Origin: a virus
Lineage: Duplodnaviria; Caudoviricetes
IMG/VR virus record: IMGVR_UViG_3300048693_000367
Coordinates: 1 to 64,000 of that record
DNA: 64,000 nucleotides
Direction: 5' to 3' (one strand)
Of the stretch, positions 58,490-64,000 are shown one piece after another (the stretch's first letter is position 1; every line of letters starts with the position of its first letter). A model generated the notes under the pieces. It made no database searches. It saw only the letters and a list, made by a program, of their open reading frames with translations, and had not been told where the DNA came from. The position numbers and the translations under genes were made by a program.

Positions 58490-59943
58490 TGATTTTGTGT
58501 GATCCCGCCGCAGAAAGAGCGGTATTGGCTGGCATATGTACATACGGCGAAAACGCTTATTTAGATGTGGCTGATATTGTACAAGAAACCTCTTTTACTA
58601 TTGATAGCAATAGTATTATATTTAAGTGTGTAAAAACACTTTGCGAAAACCATCAGAATACTATTGATATAGCGTCAATATATTCTGTGTCTCAAGAGTT
58701 GGGCGTTTCTCATATTCTATCCAAGAAAGAAGAAACACAACATCTTAAGGCTATTATGGATTTTCCAGTTAGCCTTGATAATGTTCGCAAGTTTGCTGCT
58801 AAAATTCGTAAGCTAGAAATAGCTAGATTATTACGTAAACAGTTGGAAACAACTCAGGATAAAATTCTTGAGATCACAGGCAATGAACCAATAGCGTCAA
58901 TTATTGGAATAGCAGAAGATAGTATTTTTAATTTTACGTCTCTGTTAAATGATGCTGATGACAAGCCCGTATCTATAGGATCCGACATAGAAGAATATGT
59001 CAAAAATCTTGAAGAAAATAAAACAGATCAAGTTGGTATTCCAACCGGCTTTCCTATCTATGATCAAGCCATAGGTGGCGGTTTGCGTAAAGGAACAATC
59101 AATGTTATTGGTGCTAGACCAAAAACCGGTAAAACCTTATTGTCAGATAATATGGGTTTCCATATTGCCAATAAATTAGGCTTGCCAGTACTCAATATGG
59201 ATACAGAAATGAACAAGGAAGATCATATAAATAGAGTACTTGCTATGATGACAGAAATAGAAATTAATAGTATTGAAACCGGCAAGTTTGCGGAATCACC
59301 AGATAAAAAGAATAAAATTAATAATGCTGTCAAGTCTTTAAAGGACACAAAATTATTTTATAAAACTATCGCCGGTAAACCATTTGAAGATCAATTAGCA
59401 ATTATGCGACGATGGTTAGTAAAAGAAGTAGGATTAAACGACGATGGTACAGCAAAAGATTGTGTAATATTTTACGACTATTTGAAACTCATGGATAGTG
59501 CTGGTATTAATCAAGATCTAAAAGAATATCAAGTTCTTGGATTTATGATGACCAGTTTACATAATTTTGCAGTTAGGTACAAGGTGCCTATTGTTGCTTT
59601 TATCCAATTAAATCGTGACGGTATCACAAAAGAAAGTACAGACTCGGCAAGCGGATCTGATAGAATTATTTGGTTATGTAGTAATTTTAGTATCTTCAAG
59701 CGTAAAAGCGATGAAGAAATTGCAGAAGATGGTCCAGATAATGGTAATAGAAAACTATTGCCTCTAGTAAGCCGCCACGGCGGAGGTCTTGATGATAACG
59801 ACTATATTAACTGCAACATGAAGGGATGGTGCGCTAAAATCACAGAAGGTAAAACACATCTTGAAATTAAAAACAATTCTAAATCTGAGAGCGAGGGCTT
59901 CGTAATCGATGACGATGACAATGACCAAATCCCATTTGAATGA
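58489..59943 (+). CDS. dnaB: replicative DNA helicase
   Basis: AERAVLAG, GIPTGF, GARPKTGKT, DTEM, YDYLKL, QLNR. Confidence 0.93.
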   Translation: MILCDPAAERAVLAGICTYGENAYLDVADIVQETSFTIDSNSIIFKCVKTLCENHQNTIDIASIYSVSQELGVSHILSKKEETQHLKAIMDFPVSLDNVRKFAAKIRKLEIARLLRKQLETTQDKILEITGNEPIASIIGIAEDSIFNFTSLLNDADDKPVSIGSDIEEYVKNLEENKTDQVGIPTGFPIYDQAIGGGLRKGTINVIGARPKTGKTLLSDNMGFHIANKLGLPVLNMDTEMNKEDHINRVLAMMTEIEINSIETGKFAESPDKKNKINNAVKSLKDTKLFYKTIAGKPFEDQLAIMRRWLVKEVGLNDDGTAKDCVIFYDYLKLMDSAGINQDLKEYQVLGFMMTSLHNFAVRYKVPIVAFIQLNRDGITKESTDSASGSDRIIWLCSNFSIFKRKSDEEIAEDGPDNGNRKLLPLVSRHGGGLDDNDYINCNMKGWCAKITEGKTHLEIKNNSKSESEGFVIDDDDNDQIPFE

Positions 59944-61063
59944 TCAGGCTAAACTAAAAATAGTATGTGATGAGGTGTGTGATAACATCGAAACGTTACT
60001 AGATTCTTTTGGTTTAGACTATAAATTCAATAATAAGATGATCACAATGCCATGTCCAATTCATGGTGGAGATAATGTATCCGCTCTTAATCTATATCCA
60101 GAAGGAGATAGTTATAGAGGAAATTGGAAATGTAGAACACATAATTGCGAAAAGATCTTTAAAGGATCCGTTATAGGTTTTATCAGAGGAGTCATATCTA
60201 ATCAAAAATATAATTGGAAGGAATCTGGCGATGAAACATGCTCCTTCAAAGAAGCTGTAGAATATGCTACATCTTTTATTAACAAAGACCTAAGTAGTAT
60301 TAAAATTAGTCGAAAAGAAAGAGAAAAGAAACAGTTTACTGCTGTGGTAGGTTATCTTAATAAAGATCAAACCACATCATTATCCAAAGTCACTAGACAA
60401 CAAATCATTAAGTCTTTGAATATTCCAGCACAATATTATTTGGATCGTAAATATTCTAAAGATATTTTGATGAAATATGATGTTGGTATGTGCGAAAAAG
60501 AAGGTAAAGAAATGTACAACAGAATAGTTGTGCCTATTTATGATAATGACCATAAATATATGGTAGGTTGTACTGGTCGTAGTATTTATGAAAAATGTCC
60601 ATCATGCAAAGGTTTTCACAATCCGTCTCATAGTTGTCCAAATAAGGATGATGTGTGGAAATTTTCAAAATGGAAGCATAATGCTGATTTTAAAAGCCAA
60701 AACCATCTTTACAACTTCTGGTTTGCTAAAGAACATATACTAAAATCAGGAATTGCTATTATAGTTGAAAGTCCTGGTAATGTATGGAGACTAGAAGAAA
60801 ATGGTATACATAATAGCGTAGCAATGTTCGGATCTTCTCTTAGCGACAGACAGAAAATTTTATTGGATTCTTCTGGCGCTATGAGTCTTATCGTTCTAAC
60901 AGATAATGATGAGGCTGGACGTAAAGCAGCAGATCAAATTAAGCATAAGTGCCAAAATACTTATCGTATATTTATACCACCAATTAGTGCATCAGACGTT
61001 GGAGAGATGACATCAGAACAAATTAATAATGAAATTAAAACCTACTTAGAAAGTATTGTATGA
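59921..61063 (+). CDS. dnaG: DNA primase
   Basis: CPIHGGDN...WKCRTHNC Zn finger; IVESPGNV and DNDEAG Toprim motifs. Confidence 0.9.
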   Translation: MTKSHLNDQAKLKIVCDEVCDNIETLLDSFGLDYKFNNKMITMPCPIHGGDNVSALNLYPEGDSYRGNWKCRTHNCEKIFKGSVIGFIRGVISNQKYNWKESGDETCSFKEAVEYATSFINKDLSSIKISRKEREKKQFTAVVGYLNKDQTTSLSKVTRQQIIKSLNIPAQYYLDRKYSKDILMKYDVGMCEKEGKEMYNRIVVPIYDNDHKYMVGCTGRSIYEKCPSCKGFHNPSHSCPNKDDVWKFSKWKHNADFKSQNHLYNFWFAKEHILKSGIAIIVESPGNVWRLEENGIHNSVAMFGSSLSDRQKILLDSSGAMSLIVLTDNDEAGRKAADQIKHKCQNTYRIFIPPISASDVGEMTSEQINNEIKTYLESIV

Positions 61064-61701
61064 CAAAAATCTTAGCATTTTCTGGCAGAAAACAATCTGG
61101 AAAAAGTACTTCCGGGGAATTTGTAGAAAACTTTATTAAGCAAAATTTCCTACCAATTTCTTGCAAGCTATATAGTTTTGCTGATCCATTAAAGCAAGAT
61201 ATCTGTATGAATCTGCTAGGATTAACATACGAGCAATGTTATGGTACAGATGACGACAAGAATACATTGACACATATACGTTGGTCTGATATGCCAATAG
61301 AGATTCAGCAAAGACACCATAATGACACGGTGGTTAATGACTACTTAACATCAAGACAGGTTATGGAGGTCGTTGGCACAGAAATCTTTCGTAAAATGTA
61401 TGGTAATATTTGGGTGGACGCTACTATATCGAAAATATACAGAGAGGAATATGATTTAGCTATCATTTTAGATAATCGCTTTCCTAATGAGGTAAATAGC
61501 GTATTAGATAATAATGGAATAGTTATCAGACTAACCAAAGACATATTCAACTCAAACTCTGAACCAGAACGAGCATTAGATCCAGATAATTATGATTGGA
61601 GTAAATTTACTCTGGTATTAGATAACTCTAATATGACGCTCGAACAAAAAAACAACGCAATTCTTACTTTTCTTCAAAATCAAGGAATACTACCATTATA
61701 A
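61060..61701 (+). CDS. deoxynucleoside monophosphate kinase
   Basis: SGRKQSGKST, FADPLK, RQVMEVVGTE, DNRFPNE. Confidence 0.9.
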   Translation: MTKILAFSGRKQSGKSTSGEFVENFIKQNFLPISCKLYSFADPLKQDICMNLLGLTYEQCYGTDDDKNTLTHIRWSDMPIEIQQRHHNDTVVNDYLTSRQVMEVVGTEIFRKMYGNIWVDATISKIYREEYDLAIILDNRFPNEVNSVLDNNGIVIRLTKDIFNSNSEPERALDPDNYDWSKFTLVLDNSNMTLEQKNNAILTFLQNQGILPL

Positions 61702-61757
61702 ATGATGTGTCTATAATATCTTTGGTGTATATCATATAGAACACAAAAGGATTGTTT

Positions 61758-62276
61758 ATGCAAAAACTCTATGATATATCTAAAGAATATTTAGAAGAAC
61801 ATTATATAAAACAGCAAAAAAGCGCACAACAAATTTGCAACGAACTAAATATTAAATCCAAAACCGTTATCTTAAGACTCCTTAAAAAATATAATATTCC
61901 TTCCAATAGTCAATTCGGCAAACCCAACAAAAACACTAAAAAATTTGGAGATATTCATCAGTCTTATATTTGTACTTTACGACTCAGAGCAAAAAATAAA
62001 AAAATTGACTTTAATTTAGATGGGGACTATTTATGGAAATTATTTTTAAAACAAAAACGTAAATGCGCATTGTCTGGTTTATTATTAGTATTCCCAAAAG
62101 CGTGGGGAATTAAATCAAAAACCAATATCACAGCATCTTTAGACAGAATTGACTCTAAACTTGGCTATGTTAAAGGTAATGTTCAATGGGTACACAAAAC
62201 AATTAACACAATGAAAATGAACATGAGCGATAATGAATTTATTTACTTTTGTAAAAAGGTTGCTGACTATTCATGA
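61758..62276 (+). CDS. free-standing endonuclease (SLDRIDS.GY family)
   Basis: N-terminal HTH; CALSG; ASLDRIDSKLGYVKGNVQWVHKTINTMK. Confidence 0.82.
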   Translation: MQKLYDISKEYLEEHYIKQQKSAQQICNELNIKSKTVILRLLKKYNIPSNSQFGKPNKNTKKFGDIHQSYICTLRLRAKNKKIDFNLDGDYLWKLFLKQKRKCALSGLLLVFPKAWGIKSKTNITASLDRIDSKLGYVKGNVQWVHKTINTMKMNMSDNEFIYFCKKVADYS

Positions 62277-63316
62277 TTATAACCTATCTAAGGAGTTCAA
62301 GTTATGGAACTCATTCTTTTTGTCCAATGCAATATTTTATTGAATATAATTTGGGCATTAGATCTCCCTCAAATAAAAAAGCCGATAAAGGCACTATTTG
62401 TCATAAGGTATTAGAAATTTTAGCTCATATTAAATTATGCACCCAGAATAATCAAAGTATTTATATTGACGATATTATTGGCGATGTTGATATAAATAAG
62501 TATAATTTGACCCATATCATCGAGCAGGTTTACAAATACTATACTGCTCAGTTTAAACACCACGAATGGACGGCCAAAGACTATAAAGACTGCCTCCTAT
62601 GGGTAAATAAAGCAATCACAGACCACAATGGTAACTTTGATCCACGCAACAGAGACATACTACAACCAGAACAACATTTTGATATCGTGATCAATAAGCC
62701 TTGGGCTTATTATAAATATAAAACTAAAACTGAAGATTTAGAAGGTCATTTAGCCATAAAAGGAACAATTGATCTTATTACTAAAGTAAATGATGATACA
62801 ATAGAAATTATAGACTGGAAAACTGGTCGTAGATTAGATTGGGCAACCGGAGAGGAAAAAACTCTCGCCAAGTTGCAAAATGATCCACAATTAAGAATTT
62901 ATCATTATGCTGTTAGCGCATTGTATCCAAATATATCACATATAATTTTTACAATCAATTTTATAAATGATGGTGGGGCTTTCAGTGTTTGTTATGACAA
63001 ATCGGATTTGCCTAAAACAGAAGATATGATTAGGCAAAAGTTCGAAACCATAAAAAGCACCAAAGTTCCTCAGTTGAATAAAAGCTGGAAGTGCAATAAG
63101 CTATGTCATTTTGGAAAAACAACTTTTGAAAATACCCATGTTCTGCCGATACTAGAATATAGAGATGGACAATTATGTAAAGTTGATACGCATATGACCA
63201 AGTGTGAACAGCTTAAGCACGATATCGAACTAAAAGGTATGGATGTGGTGGTTGACGAATACACTTTTCCAGGTTATAGTATTGGTGCCTACAAGGCCCC
63301 AGGATCTGCTGAATAG
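62273..63316 (+). CDS. Cas4/RecB-like PD-(D/E)xK exonuclease
   Basis: CPMQY, GTICHKVLE, GTIDL, IIDWKTG, QLRIY, C...LCHF. Confidence 0.85.
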   Translation: MIITYLRSSSYGTHSFCPMQYFIEYNLGIRSPSNKKADKGTICHKVLEILAHIKLCTQNNQSIYIDDIIGDVDINKYNLTHIIEQVYKYYTAQFKHHEWTAKDYKDCLLWVNKAITDHNGNFDPRNRDILQPEQHFDIVINKPWAYYKYKTKTEDLEGHLAIKGTIDLITKVNDDTIEIIDWKTGRRLDWATGEEKTLAKLQNDPQLRIYHYAVSALYPNISHIIFTINFINDGGAFSVCYDKSDLPKTEDMIRQKFETIKSTKVPQLNKSWKCNKLCHFGKTTFENTHVLPILEYRDGQLCKVDTHMTKCEQLKHDIELKGMDVVVDEYTFPGYSIGAYKAPGSAE

Positions 63317-63464
63317 AATTGATAGTTCAAAAGGATACATCCAAAGCAATGTTTGGTGGGTCAAAAAAGATATCAATAAAATGAAACTAGACTTTCCTTT
63401 GCATACGTTTATTGCATTATGTGAAAAGGTCGTAGCCAACAAGGAGAAAATTGGATGGACATGA
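63309..63464 (+). pseudogene. C-terminal remnant of a DRIDS-family endonuclease
   Basis: LNRIDSSKGYIQSNVWWVKKDINKMKLDF...FIALCEKV with no N-terminus; stop overlaps dnaE ATG. Confidence 0.75.
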
Positions 63465-64000
63465 GCAATTATATACCGCTTCATGTCCATTCCTAAGTGG
63501 GCCATGTTCTCACTTCTGGATGGACTCTCAAAACCTGAGCAAATTGCAGAGCGTTGTAAAGAGATAGGTGCAAAAGCATGTGCGCTAACTGATCACGGTA
63601 ATATTGCCGGAGCAGTTAAGTTTTATTCGGCCATGAAAAGCGCCGGTGTGAAACCTATTCTTGGTTGCGAACTATATATATGTGATCAAGACCCAACCAT
63701 AAAAGAAAAAGATAACAAAAATCTTAGTCATTTTATAGTGTTGGCCAAAAACTATAATGGATGGAAAGATCTAATTAAGATTGTTTCTGAATCTAATAAG
63801 CCAGAACACTATTATCATAAGCCAAGATTAGATCTTAAAACTATACAATCTTTGAATCGTGGTAATCTTATTGCTGTTACCGGGCATTTAGGATCAACAT
63901 TAGCAGATATTATTCTGGATAATTATAGTCTCAAATCTGATTGGTTGGAATTGGGCAAACAGCATATCTCAACATTAAAGGATATTTTTGGAGATTTTGT
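63461..64000 (+). CDS. dnaE: DNA polymerase III alpha subunit, PHP domain (partial; interrupted by a 10-nt insertion at about 63494-63503)
   Basis: MSNYIPLHVHS-stop, then in the +1 frame MFSLLDGLSKPEQ...ALTDHGN...KPILGCELY...LAKNYNGW...YHKPR, open to the window end. Confidence 0.9.

Noticed and set aside
63494-63496. Stop-codon reassignment explaining the dnaE TAA
   Set aside because: Readthrough stays in the wrong frame, and genes across the window end normally in TAA, TAG and TGA
1-64000. A complete DGR or retron locus
   Set aside because: No reverse transcriptase, Avd-like gene or non-coding template copy was recognised in this window
1-64000. Host assignment
   Set aside because: The tmRNA tag, promoters and GC-rich island are suggestive but not diagnostic without database comparison

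Overview
This AT-rich (about 30% GC by eye), gene-dense, almost entirely plus-strand window looks like part of a large (jumbo-type) tailed bacteriophage genome. The host cannot be assigned from sequence alone. From left to right it holds: (1) an RNA-gene and early region with tRNA-Ile(UAU), tmRNA, tRNA-Leu(UAA) split by a group I intron, ATP-dependent DNA ligase, rIIA/rIIB, RuvB and an actin-like ATPase; (2) a tail-fibre/adhesin block at about 18.4-28 kb containing a GC-rich, tandemly duplicated beta-solenoid repeat gene; (3) a glycosylation and nucleotide-metabolism block; (4) a phage sigma factor, ClpP-like and DeoC-like genes, and a cluster of membrane proteins with a papain-like peptidase; (5) a replication block with intein-containing NrdJ, PhoH, intein-containing RecA, DnaB, primase, dNMP kinase, a Cas4-like nuclease and the start of DnaE. 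At least nine free-standing homing-endonuclease genes or remnants are scattered through it. The most interesting signals are the following. The 48-nt repeats of the duplicated solenoid genes vary in a pattern resembling the adenine-directed mutagenesis of diversity-generating retroelements, although no reverse transcriptase is in the window. dnaE has a 10-nt, stop-containing, hairpin-forming insertion, a candidate ribosomal bypass element or intron relic. A Zn-ribbon protein carrying only a RuvA C-terminal-like domain is coupled to ruvB. A recurring GGTGTAT late-promoter motif sits inside RBS-occluding hairpins in front of endonuclease genes. Two structured RNAs remain unexplained. All product calls come from motif recognition by eye, not database searches.
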